A DNA stretch of 64,000 nucleotides from Candidatus Omnitrophota bacterium. GTDB taxonomy: Bacteria > Omnitrophota > Gorgyraeia > Aquiviventales > Aquiviventaceae. This document shows positions 49,041 through 58,801 of the stretch, piece after piece; positions within the stretch are counted from its first letter, which is position 1, and the number at the start of each line of letters is the position of its first letter. Where the stretch lies: positions 6,602 through 70,601 of the forward strand of contig JAHFGV010000007.1 of NCBI GenBank assembly GCA_023247255.1. The letters run 5' to 3'. Below the pieces are notes generated by a model that had not been told where the DNA came from, did no database searches, and saw only the letters and a program-made list of their open reading frames with translations. A program made the position numbers and the translations under genes.

Positions 49041-49535
49041 TGAAGTCCGTGTTCCCTTATCCCAGGCCGGAAAATGTCCAGTTTAACGGGGTGCACCTCG
49101 CTCGATAAACATTGGCCAAGTGGATCCAGGCTATCCTGGCACTGATGGCATAGTCTATGGCGCTTTCTTCAGTGGTCGAGGGGTTCGAATCTAGGAAGGT
49201 TATGGAGGCATGACCACCCAGCTTCACTATGACGAAAGCCTCTACAACCTTGCCGTGGACGGCAGCGGAAACAGGATATCTACCTACCGAGTAACCTCTT
49301 GGCAAACAGAGTAGCTCTCGTATCTGTTTAGTTTTCTGAGACAGCGACGAGGCCAAAATCATAGCTTTCGCAGCGCGGAAAGGCGGCTGAGTGCGTTCCT
49401 CGACGATAGAATGCCCTTCGAAGCGTGAAATCCTCTCACAGAGCTAAACAGATACTAGCCCTCAACGCTGTAACAAGCTGAAACTACTCATTGCGAAGGG
49501 TCTTTCTCGTCGGTATAATACCCGACCATCATCAC

Positions 49536-50123
49536 ATGCAAAACTTTTGGCAGGCGTTTGTCCCACTCTTTGTAGCCTTTGACGGTATCGGGCTTTTGCC
49601 GCTGTTCTGGGGCTTGGCTCATCGCTTGAACGCACCCCAGCGCCAGCGGGCCATTGCCGAGGCGGTGGTTACCGCATTTCTCGTAGCGGTAGGTTTCCTG
49701 TTGGTCAGTCGCTATGTCTTTGCGCTCATGGGGCTGGAACTTTCCGACGTGATGATCGCAGGAGGAGTCATCCTCATCATTCTCTGTTTGAGGGATCTGT
49801 TGCTGCCGGAGGCTCTGCCAGAAGGCGAGTATCCTAGTCCGGGGATCGTACCTGTGGGTGTTCCCTTGTTAGCGGGACCGGCCGTCCTAACCACGGTCTT
49901 GCTGGTTAGAGATCAGTACGGACGGACGGCCACGTTTGGGGCTTTGGTCGCGAATCTGGTGCTTATCTGGATTCTATTGCAGACATCGAAATGGCTGATC
50001 CAACGATTGGGGAAGGAAGGCGCGCAGTTGGTTTCAAAAATCTTCAGCTTGATGTTGACGGCCTTCGGCGTCATGTTGATCCGCCGTGGAATCGTCAGCG
50101 CAGTCAGTGGCTTGGCTCCTTAG
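49536..50123 (+). CDS. MarC family (UPF0056) integral membrane protein
   Basis: FVPLFVAFDGIGLLPLF...AGGVILIILCL...VGVPLLAGPAVLTTVLL pattern. Start chosen at ATG 49536. Confidence 0.7.
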   Translation: MQNFWQAFVPLFVAFDGIGLLPLFWGLAHRLNAPQRQRAIAEAVVTAFLVAVGFLLVSRYVFALMGLELSDVMIAGGVILIILCLRDLLLPEALPEGEYPSPGIVPVGVPLLAGPAVLTTVLLVRDQYGRTATFGALVANLVLIWILLQTSKWLIQRLGKEGAQLVSKIFSLMLTAFGVMLIRRGIVSAVSGLAP

Positions 50124-50332
50124 AAAAAAGGACGTTCTTCTTTGGAATGTGAGGATTCAAGTAGCCTATCCCCATGGTGCCAGGCACGTCGGTAGCTGGA
50201 CCTTACTTTCTATCGACGCGGGTTGTGGTAAAATAGGGCTGTTTCCTATGAGCGAGAAGACCATTCAGACTGCCGTGGCTGAGCTTTGCCGTTAGCGATA
50301 AAAAAAGGAAACAGGAATGGGGGATTTTTCAC

Positions 50333-50719
50333 ATGGAACATGCGTTTGCAGAAATTGAACTGAGCAATCCAAGAAAACCTGATTTGGCCCCTATTCAAGT
50401 AAAAGCGTTAGCGGATACCGGTGCGCTGATGCTATGTATTCCGGAGCATATTGCTCTTCAGCTGAAACTTGAAACTGAATCCATGCGTGAGGTGTCAGTT
50501 GCTGATGGTCGCAGCATGAATGTCCCTTATGTGGGGCCTGTCCGGGTTAGTTTTGGAAAAAGGATTTGTTTCGTTGGAGCACTCATGCTTGGAGATGAAG
50601 TTCTTCTTGGAGCAGTACCTATGGAAGATATGGATTTGGTGGTATCCCCAAGTCATCGGGAAGTAACGGTAGATCCTGCAAGTCCAAATATTCCTCATGC
50701 GCGAGTCAAATGTTGCTAA
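50333..50719 (+). CDS. retropepsin-like (clan AA) aspartic protease, single domain
   Basis: 128 aa with the catalytic D(T/S)G motif in LADTGALMLCIP and a downstream hydrophobic-Gly motif (VGALMLGDEVLLGA). Noticeably lower GC than its flanks. Confidence 0.55.
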   Translation: MEHAFAEIELSNPRKPDLAPIQVKALADTGALMLCIPEHIALQLKLETESMREVSVADGRSMNVPYVGPVRVSFGKRICFVGALMLGDEVLLGAVPMEDMDLVVSPSHREVTVDPASPNIPHARVKCC

Positions 50720-50842
50720 CGCACTTATTGTTGAGACATCGAGTGCGTTTGTGTACACAACAGGGTGTTTTATCATATGATACAAACGAATTTACACCCC
50801 GTGAACTGAGAATGCATGGTGCCCCAAATTTTTAGGTTTTTA

Positions 50843-51664
50843 ATGCGACCTATAAGCCCGTTACAACTGGGACCTTATACGCTGCACTCCCGTCTGATCG
50901 CGGGCACAGGCAAGTACGCTAATTTCTCGCTCATGAAGGAGGCCATTGAAGCCTCGGGTGCCGAGATGGTAACCGTCGCAGTGCGACGCGTGAACCTGAA
51001 CGATTCGGTTCAAAAAGAAAGCCTCTTGGATTATCTGGATCGTTCACGCGTGATTTTGCTTCCGAATACTGCAGGCTGTTATTCTGCTGAAGAGGCAATC
51101 CGCACCGCCGCCCTGGGCCGTGAAGCGGGACTCTCAAATTTGGTCAAGCTTGAGGTGATTGGGGATACCAAGACCCTGTTGCCGGATACCGAAGCTTTGT
51201 TGGACGCTACCAAAGCCTTGGTGAAGGAAGGTTTCGTGGTGATGCCTTACACCAATGATGATGCAGTAATGGCGAAAAAATTGGAGGATGCCGGGGCTGC
51301 TTGTGTGATGCCCCTGGCCGCTCCTATCGGATCCGGGCAGGGAATCCTCAACGACCTCAACATCCGCTTGATCCTAGAGGCTGTTTCTATCCCAGTCATC
51401 GTCGATGCGGGAGTCGGCACAGCATCGGACGCTGCCATTGCCATGGAGCTCGGCGCCGATGGAGTCTTGATGAATACGGCAATCGCCTGCGCCCAAGACC
51501 CTGTGAAGATGGCCCATGCCATGCGCCTTTCCGTAGAAGCCGGACGTTTGGCCTTTGAAGCCGGGCGGATTCCTAAAAAACATTTTGCCAGTGCCTCTAC
51601 TCCACAAGAAGGACTGGTGGAGCCTTCTGCTTCTTCGCCACAGCAGTTGAGCCCCACAGGATGA
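50843..51664 (+). CDS. thiG: thiazole synthase
   Basis: [34 protein letters not shown] and GSGQGI motifs. Confidence 0.85.
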   Translation: MRPISPLQLGPYTLHSRLIAGTGKYANFSLMKEAIEASGAEMVTVAVRRVNLNDSVQKESLLDYLDRSRVILLPNTAGCYSAEEAIRTAALGREAGLSNLVKLEVIGDTKTLLPDTEALLDATKALVKEGFVVMPYTNDDAVMAKKLEDAGAACVMPLAAPIGSGQGILNDLNIRLILEAVSIPVIVDAGVGTASDAAIAMELGADGVLMNTAIACAQDPVKMAHAMRLSVEAGRLAFEAGRIPKKHFASASTPQEGLVEPSASSPQQLSPTG

Positions 51665-51790
51665 GCCTGGGGCACTGATAACTTCTCCCCTCCCAGGGAA
51701 TCATGAAACTGCCTTTGAATTTTCGATTGTCGATTTTGGATTTTCGATTGAAGGGCACTTTCATCTCATCAATCAGAAATCGACGACGAC
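51646..51790. repeat. composite REP hairpin (GCCCCACAGGATGAGCCTGGGGC) plus CGATTG-repeat arms
   Basis: The same arrangement as 22856-22960: ...GGAATCATGAAACTGCCTTTGAATTTTCGATTGTCGATTTTGGATTTTCGATTG...AATCGACGACGACAAGG. Confidence 0.5.
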
Positions 51791-51815
51791 AAGGTGCAGT
51801 TGAGCCCGTTCATCA

Positions 51816-54800
51816 ATGAGATCTGCGAATCTGTCCGCCGATCAGCCTTCCCGCGTTTTTTCATCTACCGTCACAGATCCTACCTTGGAAGCTGAGAAAA
51901 ACGCCATCTTAGGCAAGATCAGCCTCTGTTTCTTGCTGTCGGGAGCCTTGGGGCTGGCATACGAGATTCTTTGGGTTCGGCGGTTATTACTGGTGTTTGG
52001 CAGCAGCGTCCACGCCGTCAGTACCGTCCTGAGTGTGTTTTTCGGAGGGCTTGCTCTAGGCGGGTGGTGGTTTGGAAAACGCGTTGACCGATCCCCGGCA
52101 TCCGGACTGCGCGGCTACGCCCTGCTGGAAGGAGGAATCGGTCTTTATGCTTTCCTCACTCCGACTCTGTTCAATGCACTCGAAAGGGTCTACATTCCCA
52201 TTTATCGAGCTTCGGGAATGTCTTCCCAGGTTCTGGTGAGCGCAGCGTTTCTATGTTCGGCCGTGGTGCTGTTGATCCCAACGACCCTGATGGGGGCGAC
52301 TTTCCCGATGTTGAGCCGATTCCTCATCCACCAGGGAAAGGAACGTGGTTTTAAGATCGCCAGGCTCTACGGTTATAACACAATCGGCGCTGTTCTAGGA
52401 ACGCTGGGGGTTTATCACATCGGCCTTCCGATGCTGGGGCTATCCAAAAGCTTGCTCTGCGCCGGGGTCATGAACATTGGCATCAGTCTGTTATGCTTGA
52501 TCTTTGACCGTCGGCTGGAAGCCTTCGGGTTTCACGAATCGTTGCGCGCAGCCCGTGCCGCTTTTAATCAGACCACTGACGAAGCCAGCGAGATTTTGAC
52601 AGCTTTCCCCACGCAACAGCGCCCCTCGGATAGCTTGGGGTGGCTTCTGGTCGCTTTTGGAATTTCAGGAGCCGCCGCGATGAGTTATGAAGTCGTCTGG
52701 ACCCGAACGTTGAGCCTGATCCTGGGAAGCTCTATCTACGCTTTCTGTATCATCCTTGCTACTTTCCTCACAGGAATTGCCCTAGGAAGTCTGCTGATCG
52801 AACGCTATTTGCGGCAGCATTCAGCCACTATCCGTCAGGTCATCGGAATTCAATGGATCCTGGGAATCTACGGGCTTTGTTCGATTCCGCTGTTCGGTCA
52901 ATTGCCGGATGCAATGGTGAGGCTTTGGACATCCCTCGGGGGTTCCTTCGAGAAAATGCTGTGGGTTCAGGTAATCTTGAGCGTCTCGGTCATGGTCCTG
53001 CCCACGTTCTTGATGGGAATCTTGTTTCCGATCGTCGGTGATCTCGTCACAAAACCGATGATCGCTTTCGGCCGACGCTTGGGTAATGCTTACGCGATCA
53101 ATACGCTGGGAGGGATTCTTGGCTCCTTCCTGAGCGGGTTTGTGATGATTCCCTTACTGGGATTACCCTGGACTATCGCCGTGACGGCGATGGCGAATCT
53201 GTTCGCTGGTTTCCTACTCTATGTACTTTATGTGCGTCGGGTGGCTGTGGGGCCAAGTCTGACTCGCCGTTTAGCCGCAAGCGTGCTTGGCCTGGTCATC
53301 GCCTTTATAGTCAGCGCAAGGATACTCATCCCCGGTTGGCAAAACCAGGTCTTCGCTTCTGGGCCCTATCTGGGTCCTGAAATCTTTCACAATCTCTCGA
53401 TTCGGGAGGCGACTGCCCAGACCCAACTGCTCTATTATCGTGACAGCCTGAATGCGACCGTCAGTGTGCATAAGACTCAGGAGACTCTATTTCTCAGGGT
53501 GGGTGGAAAAACGGATGCTTCAAACGGCCCGGACATGAGCACTCAAATCCTGTCTGCCCATCTTCCTCTGTTGCTGCATGGCAATGCAAAAAGTGCCTTG
53601 GTGATCGGGTTGGGAAGTGGGGTGACGTTGGGCCATGTGGGACGGTATCCGGTATCCACTATTCATTGCGCGGAAATTGACTCGGCTGTCGTTGAAGCCG
53701 CCCGATATTTCAAGGATTACAACGACCACATTCATGACGATCCCCGGGTTCGCATCTTTGTCGCGGATGGACGTAACCTGCTTCTGGCTGCTTCTGGCCA
53801 GTATGACGTCATCATCTCTGAGCCTTCGAATCCTTGGATGGCCAATCTCGCTTATCTGTTTACGCAAGAGTTTTACGCGCTCGCCAAACGCACCCTGGCA
53901 GATGGGGGCATCATGTGTCAATGGCTTCAGCTTTATAACATTTTCCCCCAGGATGTGAAACTGATCCTGAAAACATTTCATCGGGTGTTTCCTTACGTCT
54001 CGGTTTGGAGCTCGCTACCGGGAGATCTGCTTCTCATCGGCTCACAGGCGCCGCACGCCCTTGAGTTCTCCGAGCTGACTCGACGGATGGCGGATCCTCG
54101 GCTCAAGGAAAGTCTGACGGCTATTGGCATCACCCAACCGGAAGCGTTGCTTGAGCTTTACTGGATGGGCAATCGTGAAGTCGAACGAGTAAGCGCTGGC
54201 ATCGATTGGACGCACCAAGATGATCAACCATCCATTGAATTCACTGCTCCTCGGGCGATGTACATGAATCGGATTTCGCGGTTGAACTTCGCTGGCTTGG
54301 AAGCGCTCAAGGGCAAGCCGCAAGACCTCGCCGTGGGTTACGCCCCTAATCTCAAGGATGCGAAATTCCAACGAGCCCTGGCAAACCTCTGGCAGTGGCG
54401 GGATCAGCCGCTGAAGGCCATTCAGGCGCTTGAACAAGCGGTGGCCGTAGATCCTTCATCGGCAAAGAGCTGGCTTGATCTGGGAAATCTCTACCGCACT
54501 CAAAACAAAATTTTGCAGAGCGAGCAAAGCTACCTTCGAGCGATTCAGGCGGATCCGGACGATCCACAGCCTTATCAAAAACTCGCATTGCTGTATTGGC
54601 AACAGGGCAAGCTTCCACAGGCGCAGTCTTACTATGAGCAAGCCGCGTCTGTGAAAATTCCTGATCGCTCGCTGGCAGAGGAAATCGGACATTACTTCAG
54701 GAATGTCGCTTCAGTCGTCCCATCATCCAAGACCCAGTCCCTTTCCTGGGCAGCCGAATATTATCGCTGCGCCCTCTCGCAGGCAAGCGCAGATAACCCA

Positions 54801-55211
54801 GCCATCCTGGAAGCCTATGCGGAAGTTTTGAAAGAACAAAACCTGTGGGATGAAGCCGAAAAAGTGCTGACGTCTGCAGCGGCACAGTTTCCGGAACAGC
54901 CTCTGTTTGGCTTGCGATTGGGCGAGTTGTTCGTGGAACAGGATAAACCCATCGAGGCGAAGGCGTGGTTTGAGCGCACTCTGAAACAAAGCCCTAAGAG
55001 CGCAGAGGCCTATTATGGATTGGGACGTGTCGCTATGCATGAAGGAAACGTGCAAGAAGCTATCCGAGACTTGCGTCGGGCGTTGACCGTGAATCCTTAT
55101 CACCGCGAGTCGTTGGAGTTCTTTGAACAAATCCAAGACTCTGCTCAACGTAATATTTCAGGTCACGCACATAGGGACAGAGCCTCGGATTCTGCAAAAC
55201 CTCCGTTATAG
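51816..55211 (+). CDS. fused MFS-like permease / spermidine-synthase-family aminopropyltransferase / TPR-repeat protein (1131 aa)
   Basis: The N-terminal ~500 aa are polytopic (12+ TM). The middle has a spermine/spermidine synthase fold (LVIGLGSGVTLGHV...HCAEIDSAVVEAARYF...VADGRNLL...DVIISEPSNPWMA). The C-terminal ~350 aa are TPR repeats. Confidence 0.7.
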   Translation: MRSANLSADQPSRVFSSTVTDPTLEAEKNAILGKISLCFLLSGALGLAYEILWVRRLLLVFGSSVHAVSTVLSVFFGGLALGGWWFGKRVDRSPASGLRGYALLEGGIGLYAFLTPTLFNALERVYIPIYRASGMSSQVLVSAAFLCSAVVLLIPTTLMGATFPMLSRFLIHQGKERGFKIARLYGYNTIGAVLGTLGVYHIGLPMLGLSKSLLCAGVMNIGISLLCLIFDRRLEAFGFHESLRAARAAFNQTTDEASEILTAFPTQQRPSDSLGWLLVAFGISGAAAMSYEVVWTRTLSLILGSSIYAFCIILATFLTGIALGSLLIERYLRQHSATIRQVIGIQWILGIYGLCSIPLFGQLPDAMVRLWTSLGGSFEKMLWVQVILSVSVMVLPTFLMGILFPIVGDLVTKPMIAFGRRLGNAYAINTLGGILGSFLSGFVMIPLLGLPWTIAVTAMANLFAGFLLYVLYVRRVAVGPSLTRRLAASVLGLVIAFIVSARILIPGWQNQVFASGPYLGPEIFHNLSIREATAQTQLLYYRDSLNATVSVHKTQETLFLRVGGKTDASNGPDMSTQILSAHLPLLLHGNAKSALVIGLGSGVTLGHVGRYPVSTIHCAEIDSAVVEAARYFKDYNDHIHDDPRVRIFVADGRNLLLAASGQYDVIISEPSNPWMANLAYLFTQEFYALAKRTLADGGIMCQWLQLYNIFPQDVKLILKTFHRVFPYVSVWSSLPGDLLLIGSQAPHALEFSELTRRMADPRLKESLTAIGITQPEALLELYWMGNREVERVSAGIDWTHQDDQPSIEFTAPRAMYMNRISRLNFAGLEALKGKPQDLAVGYAPNLKDAKFQRALANLWQWRDQPLKAIQALEQAVAVDPSSAKSWLDLGNLYRTQNKILQSEQSYLRAIQADPDDPQPYQKLALLYWQQGKLPQAQSYYEQAASVKIPDRSLAEEIGHYFRNVASVVPSSKTQSLSWAAEYYRCALSQASADNPAILEAYAEVLKEQNLWDEAEKVLTSAAAQFPEQPLFGLRLGELFVEQDKPIEAKAWFERTLKQSPKSAEAYYGLGRVAMHEGNVQEAIRDLRRALTVNPYHRESLEFFEQIQDSAQRNISGHAHRDRASDSAKPPL

Positions 55212-55212
55212 A

Positions 55213-55432
55213 CTGAGGTTTTGCAAAATGTATCGCGGTTAGTGGCAGCGCTTACGTCTGTGTCATGAGTCATGGAAAGCAAAAGGCGTACTTTGGCCGT
55301 GCTTGAGATGCCTGTTTATTTTCTGCTTTTTTCATGACACATGACTCATGAAACATGGCACAATCCTCATTGCTTCTCTTGGAATAGGACACAACACTCG
55401 GTCAACGCGTTGGCTATTTTTGCAAAAGCCCA
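55213..55432 (+). mobile_element. catgacac-family MITE, copy D (shorter internal core)
   Basis: CTGAGGTTTTGCAAAATGTATCGCGGTTAGTGGCAGCGCTTACGTCTG ... TTGGCTATTTTTGCAAAAGCCCAC. Confidence 0.6.
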
Positions 55433-55499
55433 CTTATAGACACAGACGAGGATGACTCCTATGAACGTTACCCGAAAAGAACAAGGAACGCGGCTGTCT

Positions 55500-56558
55500 A
55501 TGAAGACGTACACGATCGCAGTCATTCCAGGAGACGGCACAGGCCCTGAGGTAATCCGGGAAGGCTGCAGGGTTCTTGATGCGGCGGCCGCTCAGGGAAA
55601 GTTTCATCTGGAGTTTCAACCTTACGATCTGGGGGCAGAGCGGTACCTGCGAACAACAGAGACCCTACCACCGACGGTGCTCAAGGAGCTCACCCAAGTG
55701 GATGCCATTTACCTGGGCGCCATCGGTCATCCATCGGTCAAACCCGGCATCCTGGAACGGGAAATCCTGTTGCGCCTTCGGTTTGAGCTCGACCAATATA
55801 TCAATCTCCGTCCGGTGAAACTCTATCCCGGCGTGTGGACCCCTCTCAAAGATAAAACTCCAGAGCACATTGATTTTGTGGTCGTTCGAGAAAACACCGA
55901 AGGGCTTTACGCGGGTGTGGGGGGATTCTTGAGGCGGGGGACTCCGGATGAAACCGCTATTCAGACATCCGTCAACACCCGCCACGGCGTGGAACGTTGT
56001 ATCCGCTATGCCTTCGAATACACCCGCAGGCGAAACAAGCATAAGAAGCTGACCTTCTGTGGGAAAACCAACGTCCTCACTTACGCCCATGACTTGTGGC
56101 AGCGAACCTTCGATGAAGTTGCGAAGGAATACCCGGATGTGACCACCGATTACACCCACGTGGACGCCTGCTGCATGTGGATGATCAAGAATCCGGAATG
56201 GTTTGACACAATCGTTACGGACAATATGTTCGGAGACATCATCACCGACCTTGGAGCGATGATCCAGGGAGGCATGGGCATTGCCGCAGGGGGTAATCTG
56301 AATCCTGAGGGGGTATCGATGTTCGAGCCCATCGGTGGCTCAGCCCCCAAGTACACGGGCCAGCAGCTCATCAATCCCTTAGCCGCCATTTGCGCTGGAG
56401 CCATGATGCTGGAGGAGTTGGGAGAACGTCAGTCGGCGCAGGCGGTGGAGCAAGCCGTCTGCCAGGTGACTTCAAGCAAGCTCAAGAGCCTGGCAGCGGG
56501 CAAGATGGGTTACTCGACGAGCGAGGTGGGGGATCTGGTCATTGAAGCATTAGCGTAG
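55500..56558 (+). CDS. isocitrate/isopropylmalate dehydrogenase family enzyme (tartrate/D-malate dehydrogenase-like)
   Basis: MKTYTIAVIPGDGTGPEV N-terminus, RENTEGLYAG and NMFGDIITD motifs. Confidence 0.75.
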   Translation: MKTYTIAVIPGDGTGPEVIREGCRVLDAAAAQGKFHLEFQPYDLGAERYLRTTETLPPTVLKELTQVDAIYLGAIGHPSVKPGILEREILLRLRFELDQYINLRPVKLYPGVWTPLKDKTPEHIDFVVVRENTEGLYAGVGGFLRRGTPDETAIQTSVNTRHGVERCIRYAFEYTRRRNKHKKLTFCGKTNVLTYAHDLWQRTFDEVAKEYPDVTTDYTHVDACCMWMIKNPEWFDTIVTDNMFGDIITDLGAMIQGGMGIAAGGNLNPEGVSMFEPIGGSAPKYTGQQLINPLAAICAGAMMLEELGERQSAQAVEQAVCQVTSSKLKSLAAGKMGYSTSEVGDLVIEALA

Positions 56559-56589
56559 AGGACGAGTCTTGAAACGTGACGAGCGTAGA

Positions 56590-57684
56590 ATGTCCTTAAG
56601 AAAACGATATGCTGTTGCCATTGTCGGTGCCACAGGAGCTGTTGGGACGGAAATGCTACGTCTTTTGGAACAGCGACGGTTTCCTGTAAAAAGCGTCCGC
56701 TTGCTTGCTTCCTCTCGCTCGGAAGGTAAACGCTTAAGGATCGACGGCCGACTCTGCAAGGTCGAGACTCTGAGTCGTCATTCGTTCCATGGCATTGACC
56801 TTGTTCTATTCAGCGCCGGGGCCAGTCGAAGCCTGGAATTCGCTCCTGAAGCCGTCAAGCAAGGAGCCCTTGTGGTCGACAATTCCAGCGCATTCCGAAT
56901 GGATCCTACCGTGCCTCTGGTTGTTCCTGAGGTTAATGCCCATACCCTGCGGACTCACCCCGGGATCATCGCCAATCCCAACTGTTCGACGATCATCCTG
57001 ACGGTGGCCCTCAAGCCGCTGCATGACGCTGCAGGTCTCAGGCGCGTGGGGGTCGCCACCTATCAATCCGTTTCCGGGGCAGGGTCCAAGGCGATGCATC
57101 AGCTGTGGCGGGAATCGCGCGCGATCGCTCGTCGGTGGAGCCACTATCAACCGTCGTCGGTCGTGCGGGATGTCGAGAACTGCGTTCAGGGACCCTTGTC
57201 TGGAAACACAATCTTGCCCCAGCGGATCGCCTACAACCTGATCCCGCAGATTGACGTGTTTCTGTCCGAGGGTGACACAAAAGGCTACACGAAAGAAGAA
57301 TGGAAGATGCGTGAGGAATCGCGAAAGATCCTGGAATTGCCTGCGTTGCGCGTATCCGCCACTTGCGTGCGCGTGCCCATTTACCTGGCTCATTCGGAAG
57401 CGGTCAGTGCAGAATTCGAACGTCCCATCCTTGCCGAAGAAGCCCGTAAGCGTTTACGCAACGCCCCTGGGGTGCGGGTCATCGATGATCCGACGAGGGG
57501 CCGCTACCCCATGCCCATCGAAGCCGGCGGATGCGATGAGGTTTTCGTCGGTAGGATACGCCAAGACCCCGACGATCCCAAAACGTTGCACCTGTGGATC
57601 GTCGGAGACAACCTCCGCAAGGGCGCTGCCACCAATGCGCTGCAGATCGCGGAGCTCTTCGCAAAGACCAACCGCTTTGCCTAA
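56590..57684 (+). CDS. asd: aspartate-semialdehyde dehydrogenase
   Basis: VAIVGATGAVG, ANPNCSTII (catalytic Cys) and the C-terminal dimerisation domain. Confidence 0.85.
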   Translation: MSLRKRYAVAIVGATGAVGTEMLRLLEQRRFPVKSVRLLASSRSEGKRLRIDGRLCKVETLSRHSFHGIDLVLFSAGASRSLEFAPEAVKQGALVVDNSSAFRMDPTVPLVVPEVNAHTLRTHPGIIANPNCSTIILTVALKPLHDAAGLRRVGVATYQSVSGAGSKAMHQLWRESRAIARRWSHYQPSSVVRDVENCVQGPLSGNTILPQRIAYNLIPQIDVFLSEGDTKGYTKEEWKMREESRKILELPALRVSATCVRVPIYLAHSEAVSAEFERPILAEEARKRLRNAPGVRVIDDPTRGRYPMPIEAGGCDEVFVGRIRQDPDDPKTLHLWIVGDNLRKGAATNALQIAELFAKTNRFA

Positions 57685-57799
57685 TACAAAAGAAATTAGT
57701 TTTGTGTCATTCCAACGCTCCCTCACCCCACCCCTCTCCCCTATTGGGGAGAGGGAACAGGTGAGGGGAATGGTTGCGAGATTTAATTCCTTTGTATTA
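57682..57799. repeat. hairpin element, copy 2 (inverted relative to copy 1)
   Basis: The TAATACAAAAG end supplies the asd TAA stop codon. Central stem CCTCACCCCACCCCTCTCCCC-TATT-GGGGAGAGGGAACAGGTGAGG. Confidence 0.55.
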
Positions 57800-57827
57800 G
57801 TACTGTGTCACGGTTCTAAGATCCAGT

Positions 57828-58030
57828 GCTAACGTCTGTGTCATGGGTCATGTGTAATGGAAAGCAAAAGAGCCCCTTTGGCCATACTTGAGATGCCTAT
57901 TTATTTTCTGCTTTTTCATGACACATGACTCATGAAACATGACACAATCCTCATTGCTTCTCTTGACACATGACTCATGACACAGACGTGAGCGCTGCCA
58001 CTAACCGCGATGCATTTTGCAAAACCTCAG
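57828..58030. mobile_element. catgacac-family MITE, copy E (rearranged: internal core followed by an inverted copy of the CTGAGGTTTTGCAAAATGCATCG end)
   Basis: GCTAACGTCTGTGTCATGGGTCATG...CATGACAC core...GACACAGACGTGAGCGCTGCCACTAACCGCGATGCATTTTGCAAAACCTCAG. Confidence 0.5.
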
Positions 58031-58039
58031 TAGTAACCG

Positions 58040-58801
58040 ATGACAGAAAGGGTGTTGCAGGGCTATCAAAAGAAACCGCTGGCAATTACGCTGTTCACGC
58101 TTATTTTTCTCCTCATGCCAGCCGGGGTACTTCTCCATCTATTCATCCTATCAGGTAACTCTTTCTCCGTCCTCGGCCAAATCGTACGCTCCAGCTACTT
58201 TCTCACCGAGTGGGCGTTCGCCTGGGCCGCTGCAGCTGCAGTCTTTGTGGTGTCTCGGTGGAGCTTTGCCTGTTTTGTCTTGTTGAGCGGCTATGTCCTG
58301 TTCATAAAAATTTCGCATGTGATCACTCACCCGAACCTGGAAACGCCCGCAAGATTACTGTTAACAGCCCTGTGGTTGGGTATTAGCCTGTACGTCCTTA
58401 GCTCTTCGTTGAAGACGCCTTATCTGAATCCCAAACTCCGATGGTGGTTGCGGCCATCGCGAATCGGTTGTTGCAAAGGGGCAACCCTCCAGGTTCAAGG
58501 CGTCGGGGTTCCTGTGACGGTCCTGAACCTTTCAAAGGCAGGGGTATTTGTGAAAGCGGCAGAACCCCAGCAAGCGACTCCACTTTTACCCCAACGACTC
58601 GGTGAGCAATGTGAATTAGCGATTGAGCTGAGTGAATCGGAGCGTCCAAAAGCGGAATCGGTTTGGTTAAACACATCGGTGGAGTTGGTCTGGAAGGGAA
58701 AAGCCGACAGCCCCTTTTGGGGTGGAATGGGACTCAAGTTCCGATCCCTCTCGAAGAGCCAGCGTCAGCAGTTGCGCAGATTCCTTCGTTATGAAGCGTA
58801 A
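58040..58801 (+). CDS. membrane protein with C-terminal PilZ domain (putative c-di-GMP receptor)
   Basis: Four predicted N-terminal TM helices. C-terminal PilZ-like region (RPSRIGCCKGATLQV...VTVLNLSKAGVFVKA...GLKFRSL). The start may be further downstream because the ORF begins only 9 nt after the MITE end. Confidence 0.55.
   Translation: MTERVLQGYQKKPLAITLFTLIFLLMPAGVLLHLFILSGNSFSVLGQIVRSSYFLTEWAFAWAAAAAVFVVSRWSFACFVLLSGYVLFIKISHVITHPNLETPARLLLTALWLGISLYVLSSSLKTPYLNPKLRWWLRPSRIGCCKGATLQVQGVGVPVTVLNLSKAGVFVKAAEPQQATPLLPQRLGEQCELAIELSESERPKAESVWLNTSVELVWKGKADSPFWGGMGLKFRSLSKSQRQQLRRFLRYEA

Noticed and set aside
49150-49200. tRNA-like T-loop sequence GGGGTTCGAATCTAGG suggesting a tRNA or tmRNA gene
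   Set aside because: The flanking bases cannot form a 5-bp T-stem (AGGGG vs CTAGG mispairs), and no acceptor stem, anticodon arm or CCA context is present on either strand.
50740-50842. Possible TPP (THI-box) riboswitch upstream of thiG, because a CTGAGA motif is present
   Set aside because: Apart from CTGAGA, the conserved GGGGUGC...ACCC...GAACCUGAUC...GCGUAGGGA blocks are absent or out of order; thiG here is probably read through from upstream or uses another regulator.
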